Assembly: GCA_000004985.1 (NCBI GenBank)
Contig: GG738853.1
DNA: 64,000 nucleotides
Direction: 5' to 3' (one strand)
Origin: Naegleria gruberi
Lineage: Eukaryota
In this document: in pieces, positions 28,801 through 40,112 of the stretch
Layout of the letters: every line of letters starts with the position of its first letter
Position numbering within the stretch: position 1 is the first letter of the stretch
Notes under the pieces: model-generated
The model's input: only the letters and a program-made list of their open reading frames with translations
The model's database searches: none
Told to the model about the DNA's origin: nothing
Made by a program: the position numbers and the translations under genes

Positions 28801-29904
28801 ATGCAAGAGCCAACAAGGGTCGGAATGGTTGATGTAAGCAATCCTGTTTCCTTCTTTACAAGATTTGCTCCTTCTTCTCAATTTTTGCGACCTAGGTATT
28901 GTAGAGATAAACCTGCTATGGAAATTGAATTATTAGAAAAATTTGGCTTTTCAAAAGTGATTGATTATAATTACATCACAAAGGATTTTGAATTATTAGA
29001 TGAATTACTAACATTAATTTTATCTGGTAATGATCGTGTTATTAAGAGTTTCGGATATTTGTTTAAGGCAATTCACAAACCACGGCAAGGTGAAATATGT
29101 GATGATTTATTCAGTATTCTTCATTTATTGAAGAAATGCACAACCGAAAGTGATTATCCAAGTAAATTGAAATGGATCAATGAGAAATTACAAAGTTATG
29201 GTCATGCAGATATCAAAAGCAAACCTTCAACATTTAAATATCACGGCATTGAGTTTAAACTTCCACCAAATTGTTTGTTAACATGTGAATCAGCTAATTT
29301 AATTGGGTTCTATAATGAGCAAGAAGAACTCAATGATGAATTGATTGCTAATTTGATAATGTTATTTCCATCAATGTTCGTTCATGCAATGACTGAAAGT
29401 GGAATTACAATACGTGAGAATTGCTTTTGTTTTCTAATAGATTCAAAAGGAAATATGAAATTAATCGTGTCCTATATGGGGTGTCTCGAGGATGAAAAAT
29501 TTTCTTTAAATCAAAATACCAAACTGTTAGATTTGAACTCTATCAAGGGCATTAGTTCAACCTATTCATATTTTGATTTGTTTTATGATAGGTTTAGAAG
29601 GAAGGGTAAATATGGAATGTTTAATCACGAACTAGTTTTCGATTCTTTTAGATGTGGATCTTTGGGCCAATACTGTGGAAATTATGAGACAATATTGAGT
29701 GAATTCTATCAATTTTTAATGAAGAGGTATGCTGAAAGGAAACCAAGGCAGAAAAAGAAATTAGAAATTAAGGAAACACCCAATAACCAAAAGAATAATT
29801 CTAATGAAAATTTGGCGGCATCCAATTTAACTAAAAAACAATTAGAAATGAAGAAGAATAGTGAAAATATTTTGAGAGATGTAACAAATTTTATTAAGAG
29901 ATGA
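28801..29904 (+). CDS. hypothetical protein (367 aa)
   Basis: ATG at 28801 and an uninterrupted ORF with a K/N-rich C-terminal tail. No domain recognised. Confidence 0.45.
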   Translation: MQEPTRVGMVDVSNPVSFFTRFAPSSQFLRPRYCRDKPAMEIELLEKFGFSKVIDYNYITKDFELLDELLTLILSGNDRVIKSFGYLFKAIHKPRQGEICDDLFSILHLLKKCTTESDYPSKLKWINEKLQSYGHADIKSKPSTFKYHGIEFKLPPNCLLTCESANLIGFYNEQEELNDELIANLIMLFPSMFVHAMTESGITIRENCFCFLIDSKGNMKLIVSYMGCLEDEKFSLNQNTKLLDLNSIKGISSTYSYFDLFYDRFRRKGKYGMFNHELVFDSFRCGSLGQYCGNYETILSEFYQFLMKRYAERKPRQKKKLEIKETPNNQKNNSNENLAASNLTKKQLEMKKNSENILRDVTNFIKR

Positions 29905-30035
29905 TTCGGCTTAAATTTTAAGGACTGTTCGAAGGCTAAAATTTTGGTTTGTTTCAACTAAAATACAGCACAAACTATATCAACTACAGTTTTTTAGCTT
30001 GATTTGTTGTGAAAATCTTTTTGAATGATTTACTG

Positions 30036-31379
30036 TTAAACTTGTTGTTGATATGGAATGTAATCATTTCCTCCATATGGATAAGGTTGTTGACCTTGTT
30101 GTGGTGGCAAAACAAGTCTTGGTGGTTGATACTCTGTTTGATTGAGTCCATAAACACTCTGTAACATTCCTTGTCCATATACTGAGCTATATCCAGCATT
30201 GTAGATTGGTTGTTGGGTGAATGCAATTTGTTCTGGGAATGGAGTTACAGAAATTTCCTTTACAAACAAGTGTTCTTGAGTATCACACATTCTATTGAAT
30301 ATTACTCTATAGAGTGAATTTAATCCAAACAAGGAGAATAAGAGATAACAAGGCATGGAAACAAAGAATGATGATTCTTCTGGTTTGATTTTAGCCAACA
30401 TGTTTGTTTTGAATGCTGTATCCAGAGACCAATTTTCAGAATAATCCATATAAGTATCTCTCCAACGATTTTCCATTTGAATTCTTCTTCTTGCATCATC
30501 AAGAGCTGTTTTGGTTTCCGGATTACTCATAAATGTCACTTGTTTTAATTTCAATTTCATATATTTCTTGTCAGTTCCTTCCAATCTAAAATAAATGATT
30601 AAGGTTAAATACTTGATTAAGAAAACTTACAAAAATGGTTTGGAAACATCTCTAAAATAATTATAATTGAATGCTCTAGTTTCTGAATAGGTTGTAACTC
30701 TTTCTTCATATGTTCTAGTTTTAGTATTTCCCTCACTATCAGTATAGGTTTCAATTCTTGTTTCGTAATGGTAACAAGAAACATAGAGTGAAATTGTTGG
30801 TCTAGCTCTAGTCAACTTGTCAACATTATCATAAATACTCGAAGCATCTTTGTTATTGAAAAGATACTTGGCAGTGCTACAAGTAAAAACCAGAATAATA
30901 TAGTACAAAATAGACAATCCCAATGGTACATAAACTAGTACACGTGGTAAGATTTGAACAAGTGTATTCTCATAATAATTTGGATAAACAACAATCTCAC
31001 AAATGATTTGAGAAATACTGGCAGAAACAATAAACAATACAAGAAACAAGCTCACCCCACTCGAACAACACAAATCTAGGCACGATGTATCAGTCACCCT
31101 CGATGAATAGTAGGGATCAATTTTTTGTTCTCTTATTTGTAAATTACTTGTCCGAAGAGGCTGTTGTTGTTGACCATTCCAAGCAGCAGCAGCAACATCA
31201 TAATTAGGATTGATCTCATGATGTTGTCGTTGTCGATTATTATTATCTGTTAACAAGGCTGAATTGGATGAAGGAATAATTTGTGTGTTGGAGGCTGTCT
31301 TTTTATCAGAGCCATACAGCAGAGATTGTTGCTCCGATGAGTTATAAGAGGGTGATGAACCATTACCTGTTACTACCAT
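30036..31379 (-). CDS. membrane protein with Q/N-rich N-terminus and Q/P/Y-rich C-terminal tail, two exons: 31379..30631 and 30585..30036
   Basis: ATG at 31379-31377. Exon 1 ends ...KPF+TT (phase 2) at a GTAAGT donor. A 45-nt intron ends TTTTAG. Exon 2 begins A|TTGGAAGGAACT, giving ...SKPFLLEGTDKKYMKL... in frame with the second track ORF (whose 'M' is TTG). There are two or three hydrophobic helices (VSLFLVLFIVSASISQIICEIVV, LVYVPLGLSILYYIILVF, plus one in exon 2). The C-terminus PPQQGQQPYPYGGNDYIPYQQQV is prion-like. Confidence 0.55.
30586..30630 (-). other. spliceosomal intron (45 nt, GTAAGT...TAG)
   Basis: The donor GTAAGT (reverse complement ACTTAC at 30625-30630) and the acceptor TTTTAG (CTAAAA at 30586-30591) join two track ORFs in frame. 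Confidence 0.55.
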
Positions 31380-31822
31380 ATATTATCGTGGTGTTGTATT
31401 TAGGTGAATTTTTTCTGTATTGTAGTTGGTTGCAGCCTCATTCAAATTTCAATATATTTGTCTGAGGTTCTACTTGAAATCCAGTATGAAATAGTAAGAA
31501 GTAACCCAACAAGTTGTGAATGGAAACTAGTTGGATGGTTTTATACAGCTATGAGCTATGGGATGGAAATAATCATTGAATATCATGTAATTATTAATAA
31601 GAAGAGAAAACATAAAGGATTGCAATTGAGAATTTATAATGTGAGTTTAAACTTTTTTGTACATCACAGATGAAGAATGACGAATCTGTCCTTACTTTCT
31701 ATAGGAGAATCTGATGATGATGAATAATAATTATTCACATGGTGATGATGCTGATAATGTGAAGAGAATAATAATAATATCGAATATCACCAAATTGTTA
31801 TTGGAAAATCAAGACACAATAA

Positions 31823-32287
31823 TTAATTACTCTTCCCCATTGCTCTTCTCTTTCTAATCTTCATAATAATTGGCCAAACATAAACCTTTCCGATGGAAGC
31901 AACAATCAGGGAAAAAATCCAAATAAACACAATAATGATAATGATCTGTGAGACGACATCATTCTTTTGAATACATTGTGCTCGGTACAATGTTGTCTTA
32001 CAAGGATAATCCAAAGCATCACACACATACTTGGTACATTCAAAACAAGAGGCCACAGCAAAGGTAGCATTAGGAATATTACTACACATGGTATCGGAGC
32101 AACACTGACAAGTACAAAATGTTGTCTTGTGTCTATCCTTTGGATCCAAATCAATATTAGATGGTTCTTCCCTTCCTTCAACAAGACCAATAGAAAGAAT
32201 CAATGCATAGGAGATGAGCAATGCTGTAATCACCAGCAAAAAACATGATGATCGAATATTTTTCATGGGCAGCAGATTTAATGCCAT
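31823..32287 (-). CDS. small Cys-rich type-I membrane protein (hypothetical)
   Basis: ATG at 32287-32285 and 154 aa. It has an N-terminal hydrophobic signal/anchor, an extracellular Cys-rich module (CTCQCCSDTMCSN...CFECTKYVCDALDYPCK...), a second hydrophobic helix (IIIIIVFIWIFSLIVASIG) and a basic tail (KIRKRRAMGKSN). Confidence 0.45.
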   Translation of the reverse strand: MALNLLPMKNIRSSCFLLVITALLISYALILSIGLVEGREEPSNIDLDPKDRHKTTFCTCQCCSDTMCSNIPNATFAVASCFECTKYVCDALDYPCKTTLYRAQCIQKNDVVSQIIIIIVFIWIFSLIVASIGKVYVWPIIMKIRKRRAMGKSN

Positions 32288-32694
32288 TTTTTAAATTGGA
32301 GTTTCAAAGCTCCTGCCAACTATTAAATTAGCTCCATGACTTTAATTGTTATGTGGATTGCCTTACATAAAATTCCAATAAAATCCGAAGATGACCTACT
32401 AGTAGTGATTAGTGTCATTCAAAGGTCTTTCTTCATTAATAATGAAAGAATGGTTCACAGAAGTGTTTTCAAGACAATTTGAAACCAATGACTTAAGTAC
32501 AAACAACATGGCTCCTTTTGCAACCAATGATACAATTCAATTTATTTGTGAATCATATACGTTTGCATCTGATCAAGCAATCTTGAAATTGTGTTTTCAA
32601 CAAACACAAAACCAGAATTTTTGTTTTTTCAATTTTAAAAATAAATTTAAAGGCCAAATCTGCTCGGTCTTGCTAAAACACAAACACAAAACAA

Positions 32695-34272
32695 ATGAGT
32701 CAACAAGGATTACCTACCAGATCAAAGAGAATTCGTAACGATAAAGAAGAAAAAGCCGTTGATCAAAGTGACGAAAATGATGCTCAAGAGGAGAAAGATG
32801 TTACACTACTGGATCGAGAGGAGAAAGAAGGTCTATTTGAAACGGTTGGAGGTTTAGCCATTGAAAAATTGGAAGAGAAGGATTGCAACATTCAATCACA
32901 TTTTTCAATGTCAAACGACACAGGATCAGTTGTGGTCATCGATCAGGGATCTTCCTTTTCGAAAGGAATGATATTTACCAAAGATTCTAATGGAAAATTC
33001 AAAGAAGAATCGATCAGATTTAATGTTACTCCAAGAGCGATAGCTTCAGAGTTTGCACGAACCATTCTATATTACACACCATCAACTGATGAATATTTCC
33101 TATATAAGAACCCAAACTCTGATTCCATTCCTATCCATTCCCTCAAGAAACTTTTCACTGTATTGGAAGCCAATACCTACATTGTAAAGGATGAAAATGG
33201 CACTAGTTTTCCATTGAATGTATCCCTTTTAATGTTTAAATTCATTGAGAAGCTTCTCAGTGCAATTACATGGAGGAAGAAACAAACGAAATTCACCAGA
33301 AAAGTTGATACCTTCATTTTTACAGTTCCTACTGGTACACCACAACATGTGAAAGCTCTCTACAAATTGAACATTTTCAAAGCTATTCAGAAATGTTTTG
33401 AACATGGTTCAGCATTAAGGTTGAACAATATTTACGTCATTGAAGAGTATTTGCTATTGTACTATGCTAATATCAATGAGCAGTCAACAGATCAGATCCT
33501 TATGATTATTGATTTTGGTCACTTGACTGCAGATGTCACGGTAATTGACAAACTCCAAACTATTATTTATGCCAATGGTGAAGTTGGAGGTGTTTCAATG
33601 TTTCATAAAGTCATTGAAGAACTCACAAATGAAAATCCATTTGACGTCATGAGAAATATATTCGAAAGTCAAGATTCTGTCCTTCCAGAGAAGTACCAAT
33701 GGTTAGACAAGCCTTTCAGAGAGGTATGCAAAGAGATAATCCAACCAATTTTGGATGCCATTCTTCAAACTAACCCAGAACAGGTAGTTCTCTGTGGAGC
33801 TTTCATTTCGAATGGGTATTTTAAGGAACTTGTTAAAAGTATGCTAAACTTTGACAAATTGCAACAATACTATGATGGCAATGACTTCATTAGAAAGGAC
33901 GAATTCAAACCTCAACACTTTGAAATTGTTGAAATTGAAAACCCAGGAAGTGCCTTACTTGTTGGGGCTGCAAACATGTTACAGAGCAATGCACAGAATA
34001 TTTCATTTTCCAATGGTTTACCTGCTATTGTCAATATTCCAATAGATTTTGAAAGAAAATTACTTCCTTTTCAAACAAAAATTGCCTTCTTGTTTGAAGA
34101 TGAATATACCAATCAAGTCATGCTCAAATTGACTAAGAATGATAATTTCCTTTATGTTAAACAAGATGTTGAAATTTTCATTCTCAAAATTAGAAATACC
34201 ATTGATATGGAAAAGTTAGAAAACACCAATATCACCATGGATAACATAACAGATTGGCGTCTCAGAATTTGA
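32695..34272 (+). CDS. divergent actin/Hsp70-fold ATPase-like protein (actin-related?)
   Basis: ATG at 32695 and 525 aa. Phosphate-1-like VVVIDQGSSFSKGMIF, phosphate-2-like LMIIDFGHLTADVTV and adenosine-like VVLCGAFISNGYF motifs are in the order expected for the actin/Hsp70/sugar-kinase fold. The N-terminus is acidic. Confidence 0.5.
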   Translation: MSQQGLPTRSKRIRNDKEEKAVDQSDENDAQEEKDVTLLDREEKEGLFETVGGLAIEKLEEKDCNIQSHFSMSNDTGSVVVIDQGSSFSKGMIFTKDSNGKFKEESIRFNVTPRAIASEFARTILYYTPSTDEYFLYKNPNSDSIPIHSLKKLFTVLEANTYIVKDENGTSFPLNVSLLMFKFIEKLLSAITWRKKQTKFTRKVDTFIFTVPTGTPQHVKALYKLNIFKAIQKCFEHGSALRLNNIYVIEEYLLLYYANINEQSTDQILMIIDFGHLTADVTVIDKLQTIIYANGEVGGVSMFHKVIEELTNENPFDVMRNIFESQDSVLPEKYQWLDKPFREVCKEIIQPILDAILQTNPEQVVLCGAFISNGYFKELVKSMLNFDKLQQYYDGNDFIRKDEFKPQHFEIVEIENPGSALLVGAANMLQSNAQNISFSNGLPAIVNIPIDFERKLLPFQTKIAFLFEDEYTNQVMLKLTKNDNFLYVKQDVEIFILKIRNTIDMEKLENTNITMDNITDWRLRI

Positions 34273-34306
34273 AAGATTCACAACTGCAAATATATGGTTT
34301 GATCCA

Positions 34307-34921
34307 ATGTTAAAACTTCATCATGCAGCTTTTTTCATTGTTGGTGAGGTTCTCCAAGATCATGTTTTTGTTTCTATTATTTTCAAATCAGTTGGTCACT
34401 ACATTAGAAAGAGATTCAAAATTCCAAGAATTGGAAGAATGGAAAGAATTCCAATAACTGATGTTCTTGAAATTTTCACCACAGAAGAAGAAGAGGATAC
34501 CACTTGGTACGGAACCAAATATGATTTAAATATGGTTGTCACTGATTCTCGTGTTCACAGAGTTGATAAAAGTCAACTTTCAGAATTGGATGAAAACGAT
34601 TTCAAAATATTACTTTCTAAAGAAAATGTAATAACCAAAGAAGATCGTACTGAATATATTGAGAATTATGAGAGTAACATTCCAGCTCAAGAGAAAGGCG
34701 ATGCGAACAAGTACTGTGAACAGGTCAACTTTAAATGTATCTGTTGTGGAAAGGCCATTCAGAATGGCGATCAGAAACACAAATTTACCAGTCGTACTGT
34801 TTACCGTTTTAGAGAAGCATTTGGTGATAACAATATTCATCCTGGTTCTAGTTGTCATGACTGTTTCAAAATTCAAAGAAATTATTTCGACAGGAAAAGA
34901 GGTTCAAAGAAGAGAAAATAA
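34307..34921 (+). CDS. hypothetical Cys/His-containing protein (possible zinc-binding C-terminus)
   Basis: ATG at 34307 (alternative internal ATG MERIPITD...). The C-terminus has CEQVNFKCICCGK...SSCHDCF and a basic tail RKRGSKKRK. Confidence 0.4.
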   Translation: MLKLHHAAFFIVGEVLQDHVFVSIIFKSVGHYIRKRFKIPRIGRMERIPITDVLEIFTTEEEEDTTWYGTKYDLNMVVTDSRVHRVDKSQLSELDENDFKILLSKENVITKEDRTEYIENYESNIPAQEKGDANKYCEQVNFKCICCGKAIQNGDQKHKFTSRTVYRFREAFGDNNIHPGSSCHDCFKIQRNYFDRKRGSKKRK

Positions 34922-35328
34922 TTCAAATTTCTCTAACATAACAATGATATTTATTCTATATTTCATTCTTGTTTCCAATAGAGAATCTTTCACTTTGACA
35001 CTGGTTTCAAATGGACTTTCTTCATCAAATTTATTTTGAGTTGACAAGATATTGTACATTATCTACAATATTGTACAGATGGAGTTTGAAGAATGAGTAG
35101 CATACTGCATTGAACAATACGATAGAAATTTTGTTGACGTCATTTGTAGCTGTTGAAGGAATTTGTTTTCCATGTTCTCTCAACAGGGTTCACCTCAATG
35201 GAAGAATGAACTTCAATTTATTTTCGAAATTTGAATAAAAATGAAGCTGAAATAATAATGAATTCAACAACAAAAACAAACGAACTAATTAACTTGTATA
35301 TAAACAAGACAAAACAATTGTTTGAAAA

Positions 35329-36477
35329 ATGTCATTCCTTAGATCATTCTTCACAAAGAAAACTGAAAAGAAAGTTGAAAGCGGTGGCTATGATGATTAT
35401 TCAGCAGACGAATCCTATGGAACTAGTTATTCTAGTAGTAGTGGTGGAAAAATTATTAAAGCAGACCATAAATCACAAGCAGGATATGATCAAGAACTAA
35501 TTGACCATAGTGAAAATATTGTTGATTTGGTTATTGTAATGGATTGTACTGGATCAATGTCAGGTGAAATTGATGCTGCCAAGAAAACAGTGCAAACAAT
35601 TTTGTCTAGCTTGAAAGATCACTTTAAAACAGATTTGAGATTCTCTGCCATTAGTTACAGAGACCACTCTGATGATTATGCAGTGAGAGAATTCCCATTT
35701 ACTAAAGACATTCAGAAAGCTAAAAGTTATATTGACACCATGTCAGCTCAAGGTGGAGGTGACCATCCAGAAGCTTTGGCATCTGCGCTCAAGGTTGTCA
35801 ATGAAATGCCATTCAATAAGAAGGGTAAAAAGATTTGTATTTGGATTGCAGATGCTCCACCTCATGGAATGAATTCCAATCAAGGTGCTGATAGCTATCC
35901 AGAAGGTTGTAAAGATGAAAATGGAAAGGTCATCGATTGGGTTAGATTGGGATCTGATTTACAAGAAAAGAATGTTTGCTTTTATTCATTGATTTGTGAA
36001 AGAGCTCAAGGAGATCAACAATTAGCTCTATTCATGGATTTCTTAGCAACCAAAACAGATGGTAAATGCATGTTATTGAAGAATGCTAACAAACTTCCTA
36101 ACTTGATTATCAATGGTTCAATTGAAAATGATGAAATGGATCAATTGGTTGCCAAGAAAATTGCAGAACTAGGTGAAGAAACTGTCAAACATATGAAAGA
36201 AGAAGAACTTGTTGAAAAGATTCAACAACTTTCCAAAGATGCCAAAATTAATCAAGTTCAAACATTTGAAATTTGTTCGACCAATACCAAGGAATTATTG
36301 AATTGTGATTCACTTTCAAAGGTCAACAAGGCATGGCTCAATACTGGTACTAATAATATTTCAATGAAAGGAGCTGAATCGGAGGAATGTTTCGAATATG
36401 CTTCTCAATGTTATACTGCTCCAAAATTGGAACACTACTCAAAAGCTTGTTCAAGAGCCATGAAATCCAAAAGATAA
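35329..36477 (+). CDS. von Willebrand factor type A (vWA) domain protein
   Basis: ATG at 35329 and 382 aa. A MIDAS-containing vWA domain is present (DLVIVMDCTGSMSGEIDAAKKTV...ISYRDHSDDY...GGGDHPEALASAL...ICIWIADAPPHG). The C-terminal half is helical and acidic. Confidence 0.75.
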   Translation: MSFLRSFFTKKTEKKVESGGYDDYSADESYGTSYSSSSGGKIIKADHKSQAGYDQELIDHSENIVDLVIVMDCTGSMSGEIDAAKKTVQTILSSLKDHFKTDLRFSAISYRDHSDDYAVREFPFTKDIQKAKSYIDTMSAQGGGDHPEALASALKVVNEMPFNKKGKKICIWIADAPPHGMNSNQGADSYPEGCKDENGKVIDWVRLGSDLQEKNVCFYSLICERAQGDQQLALFMDFLATKTDGKCMLLKNANKLPNLIINGSIENDEMDQLVAKKIAELGEETVKHMKEEELVEKIQQLSKDAKINQVQTFEICSTNTKELLNCDSLSKVNKAWLNTGTNNISMKGAESEECFEYASQCYTAPKLEHYSKACSRAMKSKR

Positions 36478-36554
36478 AAATTTTATAATGTAAATACTAT
36501 TTAATAAATAATGTAAATAAATTTTAAATTAAATTTAAAAATTAATTAAAAAAA

Positions 36555-39500
36555 ATGAGTGGAGTGCTTCATCATCAATCTCTATTAAAAGTCTTTCACG
36601 TAAAGGCTAAAAAAACAGGCAATATTGTGCGAGTGACCCGAGAGGTTTATACTCGTGATGATATTTATTGTCAATCTAGATCTTGTAAATTATGTAATCA
36701 TACAAATCCAGTGTTGGATGAACAGATAGAATCTTTATTAAAGTCATCCGATAAACAACAACAAGAACAACAATCGGACGATTCATCACCACCATCAAAT
36801 GAAACTCTGAATAAGAAACAACAACAACAACAAAAAAAGAAACAAGCAACAACAAAAAAGACTCTGATTAATAATGGCACTCTTGTGCATTATCTAGTAC
36901 CAACTTGTGAAGTAATTTTGAAATATTTGGAAATATTTGAAGTGAATGTCTTGAAGAATGTTGTTTTTTGTGAAACACTTTTTGAATATATTCACGATAA
37001 TGTAAAACATAGTAACAAAATGACGGGTAGTATTAAAGCTATTATTGCTGATAAGAATAATAGAAAGAGTATTCTTTATAGTAATGAACACTCTAATAGA
37101 ACATTGATCACTCCTAGAACTGAGAGCGAAACTATTGAAATGAGAAATGAAAGAGCAATTTTGAAAACAGCTGATTGGTATGCATCCCACTTGAAGGAAT
37201 CCAAAATAATTATTTGTCTTTTAGCAATTGATGAGGAACAATGTAAACGGTTGAATGAATTAAAAGATCAATCATTGGAAAATTTGAAAATAATGACATT
37301 AAAGGAATATTTGGCAAATAAGGAATATTACAAGCAGGATGCCAGTCGTATTGATTTGGAACAGCTCTATGAAAATGTTACCATAACAAAAGAACATGAA
37401 ACAGTGGATGATAATGAGTTTGGCTATCAAGACTACTTGACTCTTGATGTTATTGAACCTGGGTTGAACAGTGGAAAGTACTATAAGGGTGTTTTAAGAG
37501 TGAATCAATACAATTCTAGAAATGCTCATATCAAGACGACAATGAAACAAAACAATGGTATTATTGAAGAGGATGTATCTGTGAGAGTATTAGTGGAAGG
37601 ATCCGCAGACAGAAATAGAGCTGTTCATGGTGACATGGTAGTCATTGAATTAAAGCCAAAATCAGAATGGAAAAAGATAGGATCTGACGAATCTAGAACT
37701 GAACCAGTCGGTAGAGTTGTTGCAGTTTTGGAAAGAAATTGGAGAGAATATGTGGCATGTTTGGAGGAGAGCAAAAATAATACTGGAGACTATCTTTTGG
37801 CCATTCCTATCGATTCTAGGATTCCAAAAATCAGAATCAAGACTAAACAAAAGAATGTACTGGAAAATATGAGACTCATTGTAAGAATTAGTGATTGGGA
37901 AAAGAAATCAAAATATCCAAGTGGATACTATGTAAGAACTTTGGGACCAATTGGAGATTTGGATACAGAAACAGAAGGATTACTTGTTGAAAATCAACTC
38001 TTCACAAGTACATTGCCATTCAGTGATTTGGCACTTAGTGAGCTTCCTCCAGTTAGTAGTGGAGCAGAGTTCAAAATACCACAAGCCGAAATTCAAAAGA
38101 GAAGAGACATTAGAAAGACTCACCTTGTCTGTTCTATTGATCCTATTGGATGTGAAGACATTGACGACGCTTTATCAGTTAAAAAACTTAGTAATGGTAA
38201 TATTGAAGTTGGTGTGCATATTGCAGATGTTTCATATTACATCAAATATGATGGCTATCTTGATTTAGAGGCAAGGAGAAGATCCACAACAGTCTATTTG
38301 ATCGATAGAAGATTAGATATGATTCCTACATTGCTTAGTGCTGATTTATGTTCTATTCGACAGGGACAAGACAGATTATGTGTTTCTGTGTTTTGGGAAT
38401 TTAACAAAGAGGGCGAAGTGGTAGATACTTGGTATGGAAGAACAATCCTCAATTCCAAGTATGCATTGCACTACGAACAAGCAGACGAGCTTGTAAACGG
38501 AAAGTATCCAAACAAGGATAGAAAGCCAGCCATTGTAGAAAGAAATGGAAAAGTTGTTTGGAAAGAAAATGATGTTCATCCAGACGATATTCAAAAGCTC
38601 AAGAAGGATATTGGAGCATTACAACAGCTAGGTACTTTGATTCAAAAGAAACGTTTGAAGGATGGTGCATTGGAATTAAATGATTTGGAGGCTGTTTCCT
38701 TCAAATTGGATAATGCCAAGAACCCTGTTAAAATTGAAACAAAGGATGATTTATTAATTCATCATACTGTAGCTGAGTGGATGATTTTAGCTAACGCCTA
38801 TGTTGCAAAGAAGATTTACGATTCCTTCCCAGTTGCTGCTTGTTTAAGAAGACACCCTTATCCTATGAAGGATAAATTCCAACAAGTTATCAAAGTGGCT
38901 GGAAGTAGAGGATTCGAAATTGATTTGGAATCAGGAAATTCATTATCTAATTCTCTTGACAGAGCAGAGGATCCAGAAGACAAATATGTTAATTTATTAA
39001 TTCGTTCCTTGACAACTAGAGCCATGTCAGAAGCTGAATATTTCTCTACTGGTACCTTACCTGTTGATGACTTTGTTCACTACGGTCTTGCTTTACAATT
39101 TTATACCCACTTTACTTCACCTATTAGAAGATATGCCGATATTGTTGTACATAGATTATTATTATGGGCTATTAACAATGAACCAAATCCATTTTCAACA
39201 AGTAAATTGGATGAAATGAGCAAATATATGAATAATGTAAATAGAGCAAGTAAGCTAGCTCAAATGGAAAGCTCTGAATGGTTTAAAGCCAATTACTTTA
39301 GGGAACACAAAGATACTATCGAGGATGCAATTATTTTCAATATCAAATCAAATGCTATTTATATATTCATTCCTACCTTTAGAATTAAAGGTATTATTTA
39401 TTTCACTACAAAGGAAGGAGAATTTATAATTCCAGAAACTGAACAAAAGAAGTATCAACTTCCAACACTATCGCCAAATAATCAAGCACACAATGGCTAC

Positions 39501-40106
39501 AAGGTAGATCTCCAATTCTTAGAGGAAAACATTAGAAATATTTATTTGAATGTACTTGTTAAAGGAAAGGATACAGACTGTTACACTTTCCACATTTTCG
39601 ACCATGTCAGAGTCAAAATTAATATTAATGAGTCTAGGTCACATCTTCCAAAAGTCCAATTAGATCTAGTTACCCTTAAGGCCAGCAAGACAATTTCAAT
39701 CAATCAAGCATCTTCTAATAGCGACAAGAAATCTGTGGAAAAGATGATGCTTCAGAACTATAAGGATAAGAAGCAAAAAGAAAAGCAAAGTCAAGCTCTT
39801 GCTACCACTACTTCTGCTGATGATATTGAGTATCTTCAAAGAGGAGGACTCTACAATTACTTCCAAACCACTCAAAAAATGCATCCAAATATTAAGGTAA
39901 CGTCTACAGAATTGGAACAGGAGGAAATCAAGGAATTACATAAGAAAAAGAAAGCCATCCAAAAACGTCTCTCTGACATTCAAGATATCAAAAAGAAGGA
40001 AGAACAAACTGAGGAAGAAAAGGAAAAGCTTACCACTCAGGAAAAGTATGAAAAGAACTTGCTTAAAATCGAAAAGAAATTGTCAAAGCTCAATCTTAGT
40101 AAATAA
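36555..40106 (+). CDS. DIS3/RRP44-family exoribonuclease (CR3 motif, PIN-like N-terminus, RNB domain, S1-like C-terminus)
   Basis: ATG at 36555 and a single 3552-nt ORF. The N-terminal VREVYTRDDIYCQSRSCKLC matches the Rrp44 CR3 motif. The RNB core includes SIDPIGCEDIDDALSV, HIADVSYYI, TVYLIDRRLDMIPTLLSADLCSI, YFSTGT and FTSPIRRYADIVVHR. A Q/K-rich insertion (QQQEQQSDD...KKQQQQQKKKQ) follows the CR3 motif. The C-terminal ~150 aa are lysine/glutamate-rich coiled coil. Confidence 0.9.
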   Translation: MSGVLHHQSLLKVFHVKAKKTGNIVRVTREVYTRDDIYCQSRSCKLCNHTNPVLDEQIESLLKSSDKQQQEQQSDDSSPPSNETLNKKQQQQQKKKQATTKKTLINNGTLVHYLVPTCEVILKYLEIFEVNVLKNVVFCETLFEYIHDNVKHSNKMTGSIKAIIADKNNRKSILYSNEHSNRTLITPRTESETIEMRNERAILKTADWYASHLKESKIIICLLAIDEEQCKRLNELKDQSLENLKIMTLKEYLANKEYYKQDASRIDLEQLYENVTITKEHETVDDNEFGYQDYLTLDVIEPGLNSGKYYKGVLRVNQYNSRNAHIKTTMKQNNGIIEEDVSVRVLVEGSADRNRAVHGDMVVIELKPKSEWKKIGSDESRTEPVGRVVAVLERNWREYVACLEESKNNTGDYLLAIPIDSRIPKIRIKTKQKNVLENMRLIVRISDWEKKSKYPSGYYVRTLGPIGDLDTETEGLLVENQLFTSTLPFSDLALSELPPVSSGAEFKIPQAEIQKRRDIRKTHLVCSIDPIGCEDIDDALSVKKLSNGNIEVGVHIADVSYYIKYDGYLDLEARRRSTTVYLIDRRLDMIPTLLSADLCSIRQGQDRLCVSVFWEFNKEGEVVDTWYGRTILNSKYALHYEQADELVNGKYPNKDRKPAIVERNGKVVWKENDVHPDDIQKLKKDIGALQQLGTLIQKKRLKDGALELNDLEAVSFKLDNAKNPVKIETKDDLLIHHTVAEWMILANAYVAKKIYDSFPVAACLRRHPYPMKDKFQQVIKVAGSRGFEIDLESGNSLSNSLDRAEDPEDKYVNLLIRSLTTRAMSEAEYFSTGTLPVDDFVHYGLALQFYTHFTSPIRRYADIVVHRLLLWAINNEPNPFSTSKLDEMSKYMNNVNRASKLAQMESSEWFKANYFREHKDTIEDAIIFNIKSNAIYIFIPTFRIKGIIYFTTKEGEFIIPETEQKKYQLPTLSPNNQAHNGYKVDLQFLEENIRNIYLNVLVKGKDTDCYTFHIFDHVRVKININESRSHLPKVQLDLVTLKASKTISINQASSNSDKKSVEKMMLQNYKDKKQKEKQSQALATTTSADDIEYLQRGGLYNYFQTTQKMHPNIKVTSTELEQEEIKELHKKKKAIQKRLSDIQDIKKKEEQTEEEKEKLTTQEKYEKNLLKIEKKLSKLNLSK
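36814..36850 (+). repeat. (CAA)n/(AAA)n codon repeat encoding a poly-Q/K stretch
   Basis: The sequence aacaacaacaacaacaaaaaaagaaacaagcaacaacaaaaaag lies inside the DIS3-family gene. Confidence 0.7.
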
Positions 40107-40112
40107 ATTAAT

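Noticed and set aside
35135-35142. Perfect CRE-type palindrome TGACGTCA ~190 nt upstream of the vWA gene.
   Set aside because: One 8-bp palindrome is expected about once by chance in 64 kb. It has no supporting context.
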